The notes under the pieces are model-generated. The model was not told where the DNA came from. It made no database searches and saw only the letters and a program-made list of their open reading frames with translations. Positions 55,039 to 64,000 of a stretch of 64,000 nt of DNA are shown here, piece after piece; the first letter of the stretch is position 1; each line of letters begins with the position of its first letter. Source of the DNA: Desulfobacterales bacterium. Its GTDB lineage: Bacteria; Desulfobacterota; Desulfobacteria; Desulfobacterales; UBA2245. The translations under genes and the position numbers were made by a program. The stretch covers positions 1 to 64,000 of the forward strand of contig JAXGZF010000004.1 in the NCBI GenBank assembly GCA_040771865.1, in the 5' to 3' direction.

Positions 55039-56371
55039 CACTGCTGTCCGGTTAACGTTTTTTGAATCGATATTAACATGCTATAATTATTTAAAATATA
55101 GCTAAATTTCAAAGGAAACGATTTGAATTTGGTCCGATTTGGTTGATACCCTCCTTCTCGGCACTCGACGACCAAAGGAGGGTTTCAAATGAATCAAGGC
55201 CAAACCGTTTTTTCTCAGATCATGCATTATCTACCACACAAACAATTCCGCCAATGCGTCGACCGCTACAAAGGCAATCAACGTGTCCGTTCTTTTACAT
55301 GCTTGGATCAGTATCTATGCATGGCCTTTGCGCAACTGACGTACCGGGAAAGCCTTCGCGATATTGAATGCTGTTTGCGTGCTTTTGCTTCCAAGCTCTA
55401 CCATATGGGCATAAGGGGTCATGTCTCCAGAACAACTCTGGCCGATGCGAATGAAAACAGAGATTGGCATATTTACCGCGACTTCGCCCACATTCTTATC
55501 CAACAGGCTCGAACTCTTTACAAACAAGACGATTTTGGCGTTGAACTTGACCAGACCGTCTACGCCCTCGATGCTTCCACAATCGATTTATGTCTTTCTC
55601 TGTTTCCATGGGCCAACTTCCGCAGCGCCAAGGCCGCTGTAAAACTTCATACGCTCTTGGATTTGCGCGGCAATATCCCCACTTTCATCGAAATCACCGA
55701 TGGCAAAGTTCACGATGTAAACATCCTGGACATCCTCATCCCGGAACCCGGAGCAACCTATGTAATGGATCGCGGGTACCTGGATTTCCACCGGCTTTAT
55801 AACATTCATCAAAGCGGCGCTTTTTTTATTATCCGAAAAAAGACCAACGCCGTTTTGCATCGGCTGTATTCACGACCAGTTGACAAAACAACAGGTCTGT
55901 ACTTTGACCAGACCGTGACGTTGGTCAGCCCGAAGTCGAAAAAGGATTATCCGCAAAACCTGCGACTGGTGAAATTCCACGATCCTGACTCCGGGAAAAA
56001 GCTGGCCTTTTTAACCAATCAATTCTCTTTACCTGCCTTTTCCATCGCTCAACTTTATAAATGCCGATGGCAAGTGGAGCTGTTCTTCAAATGGATCAAA
56101 CAGCACCTTCGTATCAAAGCGTTTTACGGCCTATCTGAAAATGCCGTTAAGACTCAAATCTGGATCGCGGTTTCGGTATACGTTCTTGTGGCGATCATTA
56201 AAAAACATCTTCGAATCGATTTGACTCTCTACACAATTTTGCAAGTCTTTAGCGTTACATTATTTGAGAAAATCCTGATTTCACAAGCCTTGGCGCCAGA
56301 CTTCTACAAACCAAGAATTACTAGTGGATGTATCCAATTGAAATTATTCGATAGTTAACCGGACACTTGTG
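55039..56371 (+). mobile_element. IS4-family insertion sequence (1333 bp)
   Basis: Terminal inverted repeats CACTGCTGTCCGGTTAAC / GTTAACCGGACACTTGTG (15/18); 9-bp target duplication AAAATTTAT at 55030-55038 and 56372-56380. Confidence 0.92.
55189..56358 (+). CDS. IS4-family DDE transposase
   Basis: QLTYRESLRDIE, LDASTI, MDRGY and the YREK signature YKCRWQVELFFKWIKQHL. Confidence 0.95.
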   Translation: MNQGQTVFSQIMHYLPHKQFRQCVDRYKGNQRVRSFTCLDQYLCMAFAQLTYRESLRDIECCLRAFASKLYHMGIRGHVSRTTLADANENRDWHIYRDFAHILIQQARTLYKQDDFGVELDQTVYALDASTIDLCLSLFPWANFRSAKAAVKLHTLLDLRGNIPTFIEITDGKVHDVNILDILIPEPGATYVMDRGYLDFHRLYNIHQSGAFFIIRKKTNAVLHRLYSRPVDKTTGLYFDQTVTLVSPKSKKDYPQNLRLVKFHDPDSGKKLAFLTNQFSLPAFSIAQLYKCRWQVELFFKWIKQHLRIKAFYGLSENAVKTQIWIAVSVYVLVAIIKKHLRIDLTLYTILQVFSVTLFEKILISQALAPDFYKPRITSGCIQLKLFDS

Positions 56372-56400
56372 AAAATTTATACATTTAATGGGATGATTGT

Positions 56401-56640
56401 ATGAGAAAAATCTTATCTTGCCTGTGTGCGTTTCTGCTTTTTTCAGGCGTTTTCGTTTCCTGTTCCGATCATAAGGAAGCTGCGCCGGAAAAAAAGGGGG
56501 CTATAGAAGAAATGACCGACCAGGTCGCAAAGGAAGCTGTGGAAAAGATTCGCACCCCCATCAACAAGGCCCGTTCCGTTGAAGATATTCAAAAAAACAG
56601 ATTCAGCAATATGGAAAAAGAGTTAACGGAAAAACCCTAG
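56401..56640 (+). CDS. Small putative lipoprotein
   Basis: MRK n-region, hydrophobic core, FVSC lipobox-like motif and a charged helical body; paralog at 11.7-11.9 kb. Confidence 0.75.
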   Translation: MRKILSCLCAFLLFSGVFVSCSDHKEAAPEKKGAIEEMTDQVAKEAVEKIRTPINKARSVEDIQKNRFSNMEKELTEKP

Positions 56641-56725
56641 CCCGGCGATCGCTGATAAGCATGGCTGCAGTGACGACTCGTACAGAGACGGTCTTTTTTA
56701 TTTCTTGCCTTCAAGGGAGTCGGTT

Positions 56726-57838
56726 ATGAAAATCGGAGTGCTTAAGGAAATCAAGCGGGAAGAATATCGCGTGGCCATGACTCCGGCCGGAGTTCGCGCC
56801 ATGAAAGAAAACGGGCATCAGGCATACGTCGAAACCGGTGCAGGCGCAGGCAGCGGCTTTGATGATGCGGCCTATGAAAAAGCAGGGGCGCAGATTGTCG
56901 CAACGCCGGACAAAATATATGAAATTGCCGATCTGATCATGCATGTAAAAGAGCCCCTCGCCTCCGAATACGAACTGATCCGTGAAGGCCAGATTATTTT
57001 TACGTTTCTGCATCTGGCAGCGGATCGAAATCTGACCCAGGTGCTCATGAAAAGCCGCTGCATCGCCGTTGCTTACGAGACCGTTCAAAAAGCGGATGGT
57101 TCCTTGCCCCTGCTGGCGCCCATGAGCGAGGTCGCCGGCCGTCTGGCCATTCAGCAGGGCGCCAGATATCTGGAAAAGCCCGGCGGCGGACCGGGAATGC
57201 TGCTGGGAGGAGCTCCGGGAGTCGAACCCGGACAGGTGGTGATTCTGGGCGGCGGCGCCGTCGGCACCCAGGCGGCGAAGATCGCGGCCGGCTTTGGCGC
57301 CAGGGTGTACGTTCTGGACATCAATCTGGAAAGACTTCGGTACCTTTGCGACATTCTGCCGAGCAATTGTGTTATGCTGATGGCGGATTCCGAAAACATC
57401 GAGCGCATGGTGCGTCAGGCCGACCTGGTTGTCGGAGCGGTGCTGATTCCCGGCGCCAAAGCCCCGAGACTCATTTCCCGCAGAATGCTCAGGATCATGA
57501 AGCCGGGGACGGTCATTGTTGATGTATCCGTGGACCAGGGAGGGTGCTGTGAAACTTCCCGGCCCACCACTCACAACGACCCAGTCTTTGAAATAGATAA
57601 AATCATTCATTACTGCGTGGCCAACATGCCGGGGGCGGTTCCCAAAACATCGACGATTGCCCTGACCAATGCCACGCTGCGCTATGCTCTTGAAATCGCC
57701 AACAGGGGTTGGAAAAAAGCATTTGCGGAAAATCCGGAAATCCGTTGCGGCGCCAATGTCATCAACGGCCATATCGTCTGGCCGGGAGTGGGTCAGGCAT
57801 TTGGCATGAAATGGATGGAAGTCGAAAGCCTTCTTTAA
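56726..57838 (+). CDS. ald: Alanine dehydrogenase
   Basis: KEIK...RV, VKEP, FLHLA, LLAPMSEVAGR, DVSVDQGGC and YCVANMPGAVP motifs. Confidence 0.95.
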   Translation: MKIGVLKEIKREEYRVAMTPAGVRAMKENGHQAYVETGAGAGSGFDDAAYEKAGAQIVATPDKIYEIADLIMHVKEPLASEYELIREGQIIFTFLHLAADRNLTQVLMKSRCIAVAYETVQKADGSLPLLAPMSEVAGRLAIQQGARYLEKPGGGPGMLLGGAPGVEPGQVVILGGGAVGTQAAKIAAGFGARVYVLDINLERLRYLCDILPSNCVMLMADSENIERMVRQADLVVGAVLIPGAKAPRLISRRMLRIMKPGTVIVDVSVDQGGCCETSRPTTHNDPVFEIDKIIHYCVANMPGAVPKTSTIALTNATLRYALEIANRGWKKAFAENPEIRCGANVINGHIVWPGVGQAFGMKWMEVESLL

Positions 57839-57870
57839 GCGGCGGATTCTGAAATCGGGGAGACAGGCGT

Positions 57871-59028
57871 TTGAATTTTCAGTGCATCTGGGCGGAAGTC
57901 GATCTGGGCGCTATCGCGCATAACATGAGAGAGATCCGGCGGGTCACGCACCCGGGCGCCCGCCTTATGGCCATTGTCAAGGCGAATGCTTACGGCCATG
58001 GAGCAGTTCCGGTTTCCAGAACGGCCGTTGAAAACGGCGCCGAAATGCTCGGCGTCGCCCGCATCGCCGAGGCCGTGGAACTCAGGCAGGCGGGAATTCG
58101 GGTGCCGATTGTCGTTCTGGGCTATGTACCGTCCGATTGTTTACAGGACCTGTGGGAATTTGATGTCTCAACGACGGTGTATTCGGTTGCGATGGCCCGG
58201 GTCATGTCCTGGGCGGCGAGCCGGGCCGGAAAAAAGATTCGGATGCACCTGAAAGTCGATACGGGCATGGGACGTCTTGGGCTTCTACTGCCTTCTCTCA
58301 CAATGCAGGATGCATCGCGGAAACTCGATGCGGCAACGGCCGAAGCCGTCTCCATCATCCGAATGCCCGGTCTTGAACTGGAAGGAGTCTTTACCCATTT
58401 TGCCGCCGCCGATTCGGCGGATAAAACCTTTTCCAGGCGGCAGTTTGATTCCTTCATGGCGTTTCTGGACACGCTGGAAATTCAAGGAGTTGAAATTCCC
58501 TTGCGGCATGCCGCCAATACGGCGGCGATCATCGAATTGCCGGAAACTCACCTGGACCTGGTGCGTCCCGGAATCGGCATCTACGGGTATTATCCTTCCG
58601 ATGAGGTGCAGCGCGGGGTTTTGTCGCTGAAGCCCGCCATGACCCTGAAAACACGGATCATTCATTTAAAACAGGTGCCCGCCGGCTTCAAGGTCAGTTA
58701 CGGCATGACCTATGAAACAAGAAAACCCACCACCATTGCCACGGTAGCCTCAGGGTATGCCGACGGGGTGAACCGTCTGCTGTCCAACTCGGGATCCATG
58801 CTGGTCCGCGGATGCAGAGCGCCTGTCGTCGGACGCATCTGCATGGATCAGATCATGCTCGACGTGGGCCATGTTCCGCATGTCGCGCTGGAAGACGAAG
58901 CGGTGGTTTTCGGGCGCCAGGGCGAAAGTCTGATGGGTGCGGATGAGGTGGCGGCCCTTTATCATACGATTTCCTACGAGGTCGTTTCGGCGGTCGGCTG
59001 CCGGGTGCCCAGAATGTATCGGCAATAA
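57871..59028 (+). CDS. alr: Alanine racemase
   Basis: VKANAYGHG (PLP lysine), HLKVDTGMGRLG, VSYG, GYADG and GRICMDQ; TTG start after GGGAG. Confidence 0.96.
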   Translation: MNFQCIWAEVDLGAIAHNMREIRRVTHPGARLMAIVKANAYGHGAVPVSRTAVENGAEMLGVARIAEAVELRQAGIRVPIVVLGYVPSDCLQDLWEFDVSTTVYSVAMARVMSWAASRAGKKIRMHLKVDTGMGRLGLLLPSLTMQDASRKLDAATAEAVSIIRMPGLELEGVFTHFAAADSADKTFSRRQFDSFMAFLDTLEIQGVEIPLRHAANTAAIIELPETHLDLVRPGIGIYGYYPSDEVQRGVLSLKPAMTLKTRIIHLKQVPAGFKVSYGMTYETRKPTTIATVASGYADGVNRLLSNSGSMLVRGCRAPVVGRICMDQIMLDVGHVPHVALEDEAVVFGRQGESLMGADEVAALYHTISYEVVSAVGCRVPRMYRQ

Positions 59029-60077
59029 TGATTCCAAGAGATTACAGGAGCGCCATGATGAAAGATTTTTTTGAAAAACGGATCGTTGAATCGAGTATGC
59101 TGGATTTTTCGAATAATTTTACCGAAATATGCATTCCGGTTGAAATACGGAGGGATCGGCTGATCAACCGGGTCAGCAGGGTCATAAGGTTCCGGCTTCG
59201 CGGGCTGGAAGGATTCCGCAATGCCGGCATGATTGAGAAGTCAAGGACCAGTTGCCCTTTTTGCCCGGATCACATTGAAAAATCGACGCCGAAATTCTGT
59301 GAATCCTTGATACCCGAGGGCAGAATCCGTTTCGGAGAAGCCACCGTGCTTCCCAATGCGTTTCCATACAGCAAATACTGCGGGGTAACGATTTTTTCAA
59401 AAAGCCATTTCATACCCTTGGAAGATTTCGGTTCCGAAATTCTGTTCAACGCCCTGAAGGCGAGTACGATTTTTATCGACCGGGTGCATCGCCAGGACGA
59501 TCAGGTATCCCACGCCTCCATCAACTGGAATTATATGCCTGTGGCCGGCGGCGGTCTGATTCATCCCCACCTGCAGGCAGTGGTTTCGCCAAGGCCCACT
59601 CACTTTCAGAACCGGCTGATTGAAGCCTCCGCGGAATACCGCAGGTCTCAAAACCGCAACTGCTGGGCGGAACTGGTGGCGTTCGAAAAGTCCGAGGGCG
59701 AGCGTTACCTGTTTCATCAGGACGAGGTCGAGTTCCTTTCGGCTTTCTGCCCCAAGGGCATGATCGGAGAAATTGTGGCGGTTTTTACTGGAAAAACCGG
59801 CCTGAAAGATTTGTCCGACGCCGTTTTGAGCAGCTTTGCCGCAGGTCTGGCGCGGGTTATTCGCGGTCTGAAAAAATTCAACGTGAACGGCCTGAACATG
59901 AGCCTTCTTATCAGCCTGAAAGAGGAGAATGAGCTCTGGATACAGGCCCGCATCATTCCCAGAATAGCGCTGCCTCCCTGGGGAACCAGCGATGTGAACT
60001 ACTTTGAGAAGGGTCATGACGAGGTCATCGTCATGCTTCCTCCGGAAGAACTGGCCCGGGCGCTTCGAAGCGAATAA
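59028..60077 (+). CDS. GalT-like (HIT superfamily) nucleotidyltransferase
   Basis: CPFC, PNAFPY and NWNY...GGGLIHPHLQ (HxHxQ); TAATG coupling to alr. Confidence 0.8.
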   Translation: MIPRDYRSAMMKDFFEKRIVESSMLDFSNNFTEICIPVEIRRDRLINRVSRVIRFRLRGLEGFRNAGMIEKSRTSCPFCPDHIEKSTPKFCESLIPEGRIRFGEATVLPNAFPYSKYCGVTIFSKSHFIPLEDFGSEILFNALKASTIFIDRVHRQDDQVSHASINWNYMPVAGGGLIHPHLQAVVSPRPTHFQNRLIEASAEYRRSQNRNCWAELVAFEKSEGERYLFHQDEVEFLSAFCPKGMIGEIVAVFTGKTGLKDLSDAVLSSFAAGLARVIRGLKKFNVNGLNMSLLISLKEENELWIQARIIPRIALPPWGTSDVNYFEKGHDEVIVMLPPEELARALRSE

Positions 60078-60258
60078 AAAATGCGGATACCGGGTCTTTT
60101 GGGCGGGGGATATCCGTTTCGGAATGCGCCGGCTCAAATCGGCGGGGAGAAACTGGATGGTTTTCGCTTGAAAACCGATGAGAAAAAAACCGGCGCCGGC
60201 AGAGACCGCTGTGATTCCCTCGAAGGGGCGCGCCTTTCGACGCCGGTTTGAACAGGGG

Positions 60259-61539
60259 TTAATGAGCCGGCTTTTTGCCGAGCTTGATGGCGCAGAATTC
60301 CCCGCACATGGTGCAGCCTTCTTCCTTGGCGCTTTCACTGCGTTCCAGCCAGGATTCGGTTCTCTCCGGGTCAATGGAGAGATTGATCTGACCCTGCCAG
60401 TCGAAATTTTTCCGGAAACGGGCCATTTGAAGATCCTTTTCAAAAGCCCCTGGAACGCCCTTTGCTATGTCGGCGATATGGGCGGCGATCTTTGAAGCGA
60501 TGATGCCTTCTTTCACGTCTTCCAGAATCGGCAGGCGAAGATGCTCGGAAGGCGTTACATAGCAGAGGTAGTCCACGCCGGCCGCGCCGGCGATGGCGCC
60601 GCCGATGGCCGCCGTGATATGGTCATAACCGGGCGCGATGTCCGTGGGTAGGGGACCGAGCACATAGAAAGGCGCATTGTCGCACAGGCTTTTTTGAAGC
60701 TTTACGTTGGCGACGATCTCTCCGATGGGCACATGTCCCGGGCCTTCGATCATCACCTGAACGCCTTTGGCACGAGCCTTTCGGGTCAGCTCCCCGAGCA
60801 GGATCAGCTCCTGAACCTGGCCGGCGTCCGTGGCGTCGGCAAGACAACCCGGCCTCAGCCCGTCCCCCAGGCTCAGCACCATATCGTACCGGTGAGCGAT
60901 CTCAATGAGCCGGTCGTAGTATTCGTACAGCGGATTTTCCCGGTTGTTGAAGGTCATCCATTTGGACAATATGGATCCGCCGCGGCTGACGATGCCCAGC
61001 TCACGACCCTCTTCCTCGATGCATGCCACGCTGCGCCGGGTCACCCCGCAATGAACCGTGATGAAGTCCACTCCGTCGGCGCCGTTTTCCTCTATCACCT
61101 CGAACATGTCGTCGCCGGTCATTTCCACGATGGCTTTTTTCTCGGAGAGCATTCTGGCCGCGGCCTGGTATATGGGAACCGTTCCAACCACCAGGTTGGA
61201 GGCTTTCATGATTTTTTTTCGAATGTCCCTCAGATCGCCGCCCGTGGAAAGGTCCATGATGGTGTCGGCGCCGGCTTTTTCCGAGATTTTGACCTTGGCC
61301 AGTTCCAGTTCAAGATCCACATGGTCCATCGAGGTGCCGATGTTGGCGTTGACTTTGGTTCGAACCCCTTTTCCGATGGCAAGGGGCTGAATGCTGCCGT
61401 GCACCTTGTTGCGCACAACCACCAGCGAGCCATCCTCCACGCCTTTGCGGATCGATTCCGGCGTCACCCCTTCGTTGCGGGCGCATATTTCCATTTCCTC
61501 GGTAATTTGACCCTTGCGGGCCATATCCAGTTGCGTCAT
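60259..61539 (-). CDS. thiC: Phosphomethylpyrimidine synthase
   Basis: KVNANIGTS, DTIMDLSTGG, GTVPIYQ, SRGGS, SLGDGLRPG, EGPGH and CTMCGEFC; TPP riboswitch upstream. Confidence 0.93.
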   Translation of the reverse strand: MTQLDMARKGQITEEMEICARNEGVTPESIRKGVEDGSLVVVRNKVHGSIQPLAIGKGVRTKVNANIGTSMDHVDLELELAKVKISEKAGADTIMDLSTGGDLRDIRKKIMKASNLVVGTVPIYQAAARMLSEKKAIVEMTGDDMFEVIEENGADGVDFITVHCGVTRRSVACIEEEGRELGIVSRGGSILSKWMTFNNRENPLYEYYDRLIEIAHRYDMVLSLGDGLRPGCLADATDAGQVQELILLGELTRKARAKGVQVMIEGPGHVPIGEIVANVKLQKSLCDNAPFYVLGPLPTDIAPGYDHITAAIGGAIAGAAGVDYLCYVTPSEHLRLPILEDVKEGIIASKIAAHIADIAKGVPGAFEKDLQMARFRKNFDWQGQINLSIDPERTESWLERSESAKEEGCTMCGEFCAIKLGKKPAH

Positions 61540-61627
61540 CTGAATCCTACCTCCATTCATGATTTCAGCCAGGCCGCTTTCTTGCCCGGACGATACGCAT
61601 TCAGCAGGGCAAAGACCCCCTCAAGTT

Positions 61628-61660
61628 AAAAAAGGCATATCCTTTTTCCGGATATGCCTT
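61628..61660 (-). terminator. Terminator in the TPP riboswitch expression platform
   Basis: Minus strand AAGGCATATCC-N7-GGATATGCCTTTTTT, between the aptamer and thiC. Confidence 0.8.
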
Positions 61661-61674
61661 CTGACAAGATTTAA

Positions 61675-61750
61675 AATCTTCCCTTCGCTGGCATTACCCA
61701 GATCAGGTTCAAAGGGTATGATCTCAGCCTACCGGCACCCCTGAATGTCT
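61675..61750 (-). ncRNA. TPP riboswitch
   Basis: Minus strand CAGGGGTGCCGGTAGGCTGAGATCATACCCTTTGAACCTGATCTGGGTAATGCCAGCGAAGGGA matches the THI-box consensus. Confidence 0.95.
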
Positions 61751-61806
61751 GCTGATGCGCTTAAGTTCAAATTTTGTATGACAAACCGCCCGGATAATCA
61801 AGAAAA

Positions 61807-62487
61807 TTATTTGTACAGACGCCCGGCGGCCGGTTGCCTCCGTTTCTCGTTCGGGGCCTGTCGAGAAACCCGGCCGATCACCTCTAAAAATTCCCGGTAA
61901 CGCAGGGAAATGTCCGGCGCCGAATTGAGATCGGATATCACCGCATAATACCGGACGCCGGTTTCAATGACTTGAGGCAAATTCTTCAGGGTGATTCCGC
62001 CGATGGCGGCCACCGGAATCTTGACTGAATTCATGATGTTTTGCAGACCGTCTATTCCGATCACCGGAGCGTCGGCCTTGGTCGCCGTGGAAAAAACCGC
62101 GCCGGCGCCCAGATAATCCGCTCCGGCGCTTTCGGCAATTCTGGCCTGCTCTGCGTTGTCCACGGAAACGCCGACGATCATGTTCGGCGGCGCCTTTTGA
62201 ATCACGCGGCGGTAGTGCTCGTCTTCCTGGCCGATGTGAATGCCGTGGGCTTCCAGCCCCAGGGCGACATCGACCCGGTCGTTGACGATCAGCACCGCGC
62301 CCTCGAAACGTCTGACCCGATCGAGCATGGCCCGGCCCAGTTCGAAGAACCGCTGATCATCCAGTTTTTTCTCCCGAAGCTGAATGATCCTGGCGCCGGC
62401 CTGTAGCAGCCGGTCGCACAGCTCCAAAGTATCGGCAAAGCAATACATGCCGGAAAGTTTATGAATGAAATGATTTTTTAAATTCAT
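61807..62487 (-). CDS. thiE: Thiamine-phosphate synthase
   Basis: IQLREK, IVNDRVDVA, GIHIGQED, GADYLGAGAVFSTATK and AIGGI motifs. Confidence 0.93.
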   Translation of the reverse strand: MNLKNHFIHKLSGMYCFADTLELCDRLLQAGARIIQLREKKLDDQRFFELGRAMLDRVRRFEGAVLIVNDRVDVALGLEAHGIHIGQEDEHYRRVIQKAPPNMIVGVSVDNAEQARIAESAGADYLGAGAVFSTATKADAPVIGIDGLQNIMNSVKIPVAAIGGITLKNLPQVIETGVRYYAVISDLNSAPDISLRYREFLEVIGRVSRQAPNEKRRQPAAGRLYK

Positions 62488-62570
62488 GGCGCCCGCCTTT
62501 TCACTTTTTCCGGAAAACCCGATTCTCCGGAAGTTTGCCGATGTTTCAACTTTCTCGACAAGTGTGGGTT

Positions 62571-62599
62571 TTGACTTTCAAAATCAATGATAGTATAAA
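62571..62599 (+). promoter_or_regulatory. Candidate sigma70 promoter of the PaaI unit
   Basis: TTGACT-N17-TATAAA. Confidence 0.55.
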
Positions 62600-62820
62600 A
62601 AACGACCGTTGATCATCTACCATATTTAGGGTCAGGATGTGAAAACATTTCCGAATTTCGAGTTTTGTTCATGAAGCGAGTCGCTTTTCTTCGAACCGCC
62701 GAATCATACAGGGAGCGGCTGCCCGCGGTTTCGCCCTGTTTGACATGGGAATCGCCAGCGAGTTTTTCGCAGCTGGAAAGAAAATCAGGAAAAGTTTCTG
62801 CCAACAGGTGAAGAAAACAA

Positions 62821-63252
62821 ATGACGCAACCGCACGACGCCAATATTGAATACGCCCGCAAGGTGGTGGCCGAAGATCCCATGGCCGTTTTTCTGGGCAT
62901 CAAACTTGAGGCAATCGACCTGGCTTACAGCCGCCTGTCCCTGGAAATCAGACCGGAATATCTCAACGCAGTGGACCGGGCCCACGGCATGGCGATTTCC
63001 TGTCTGGTGGATCAGGCCGTGGCCGTGGCTTCCAACACAACTCAATTTCAAACGCTGACCGTGGAGCTGAAAATCAATTTTCTGGCTGCGGCGCTTCCCG
63101 GAGACACGATCGTTGCTGAAGCGCGGCCGCTGGATATGAAGCGCAGCCTGAGTCTCTGGGAGGTCGTAGTTCAGGATTCAAGGCAAAACCGGGTGGCCGT
63201 CGCCCAGGCGCTCGCCTATCACCGGCCAAAAGACAACAAACGCTCAGGATGA
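62821..63252 (+). CDS. PaaI-family hotdog thioesterase
   Basis: FLGI, YLNAVDRAHG...LVD and TVELKINFL motifs. Confidence 0.88.
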   Translation: MTQPHDANIEYARKVVAEDPMAVFLGIKLEAIDLAYSRLSLEIRPEYLNAVDRAHGMAISCLVDQAVAVASNTTQFQTLTVELKINFLAAALPGDTIVAEARPLDMKRSLSLWEVVVQDSRQNRVAVAQALAYHRPKDNKRSG

Positions 63253-63353
63253 TTCCGGAAAAACATTCGAACAGAATCCACCCCGAATCGCCGATTATTG
63301 ATCCGCATCGATGCCGAGCGCATCGAAATGAACTTGAACCCTTTCCGGAGTGA

Positions 63354-63542
63354 ATGGTTATGCCGATTCGTCTGATTGCAAAAGATCTGTACCGGCTGAT
63401 TAAGGAAGTCGAAAAAGTCCAGGAACAGATCGAAACCGCCCGTCCCGAACAGCTTGAAAAGCTCAAAGACCGGCTTCGAAGACTGACTGCCGAACGGGAT
63501 CGCATGCGCGGCATTCTGGAAGGAAGCAAGGAAAAAAAATGA
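63354..63542 (+). CDS. Small helical hypothetical protein
   Basis: GGAG upstream, coiled-coil-like charge pattern, ATGA overlap with the next gene. Start may be 63360. Confidence 0.65.
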   Translation: MVMPIRLIAKDLYRLIKEVEKVQEQIETARPEQLEKLKDRLRRLTAERDRMRGILEGSKEKK

Positions 63543-64000
63543 TTTCAGCAATGGGACATGGAATCCTGGGCCTGGCGGGCCTGATCGCAATGGCTTGGTT
63601 TTTTTCCGAAAACCGCAAAGCGATCGCCTGGAAGACGGTCATGGCCGCCCTGGCCCTTCAACTCGTCCTGGCCCTGGTTCTGCTCAAATTCCCCGGTTCC
63701 AGGCAGATATTTGCGGTGCTCAACGGCCTGGTTTTTTCCCTCGAAAAAGCCACGATGGAGGGCACCTCCTTTGTCTTCGGCTATTTGGGCGGGGCCACGC
63801 CGCCGTTTGCCGCCGAGCATGCCGGCGCCGCCTATATCCTGGCCTTTCGGGGACTTCCCCTGATTCTGGTGGTCAGCGCCCTTTCGGCCCTTCTGTTTTA
63901 CTGGCGGATTCTTCCGGCAATCGTGCGGGCTTTTTCCTGGCTTCTGAAACGATCCCTGGGCATCGGCGGTGCCGAAGGCCTGGCCGCGGCCGCCAATGTA
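63539..64000 (+). CDS. NupC/CNT-family nucleoside transporter (truncated by the window end)
   Basis: Translated by hand: AWFFSENRKAIAW, GTSFVFGYLG, LAFRGLPLILVVSALSALLFYWRILP and GAEGLAAAANV. Confidence 0.9.
   Translation, partial: MISAMGHGILGLAGLIAMAWFFSENRKAIAWKTVMAALALQLVLALVLLKFPGSRQIFAVLNGLVFSLEKATMEGTSFVFGYLGGATPPFAAEHAGAAYILAFRGLPLILVVSALSALLFYWRILPAIVRAFSWLLKRSLGIGGAEGLAAAANV

Noticed and set aside
60259..61539. ThiC paralog BzaF/BzaAB (benzimidazole synthesis)
   Set aside because: The upstream riboswitch is TPP rather than cobalamin, and thiE is adjacent.
62671..62811. 46-codon ORF ahead of the PaaI gene
   Set aside because: No clear RBS, compositional signal or associated terminator.

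Overview
A GC-rich chromosomal window. Gene content and order suggest an anaerobic deltaproteobacterium of the Desulfobacterales type (inference). Left to right: prmA with a radical SAM gene; a Moco cluster (moaB, mobA, moaE, moaC) with pyrR embedded; mltA; a Liv-type ABC importer; a TorF/Gcw_chp-like porin; a sigma54 two-component system; an IS5; an SLC5-fused hybrid kinase with an HD-GYP regulator; an RRM protein; hydantoinase-A-like/HDAC-like/epmA genes; MFS, PMM/PGM and uppP; a nitrogen cluster (split GOGAT-carAB-purF divergent from glnE-glnD-glnB-glnA, plus a NifA-like activator); an IS4; lipoprotein-ald-alr-GalT-like genes; TPP riboswitch-thiC and thiE; PaaI; and a truncated NupC. The best candidates for undescribed biology are: (1) a Phe/Tyr-rich 25-aa leader peptide with alternative hairpins and a terminator ahead of the ABC importer; (2) a 34-aa membrane microprotein with its own sigma54 promoter and palindromic upstream sites, next to a kinase with a Rossmann-like sensor; (3) a shared ACA-W4-TGT motif upstream of three sigma54 promoters and at the NifA-like gene; (4) an SLC5-kinase phosphorelay ending in a c-di-GMP phosphodiesterase; (5) a hydantoinase-A/HDAC/epmA operon. 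No rRNA, tRNA or CRISPR array was seen. All calls come from reading motifs by eye; no searches were run.
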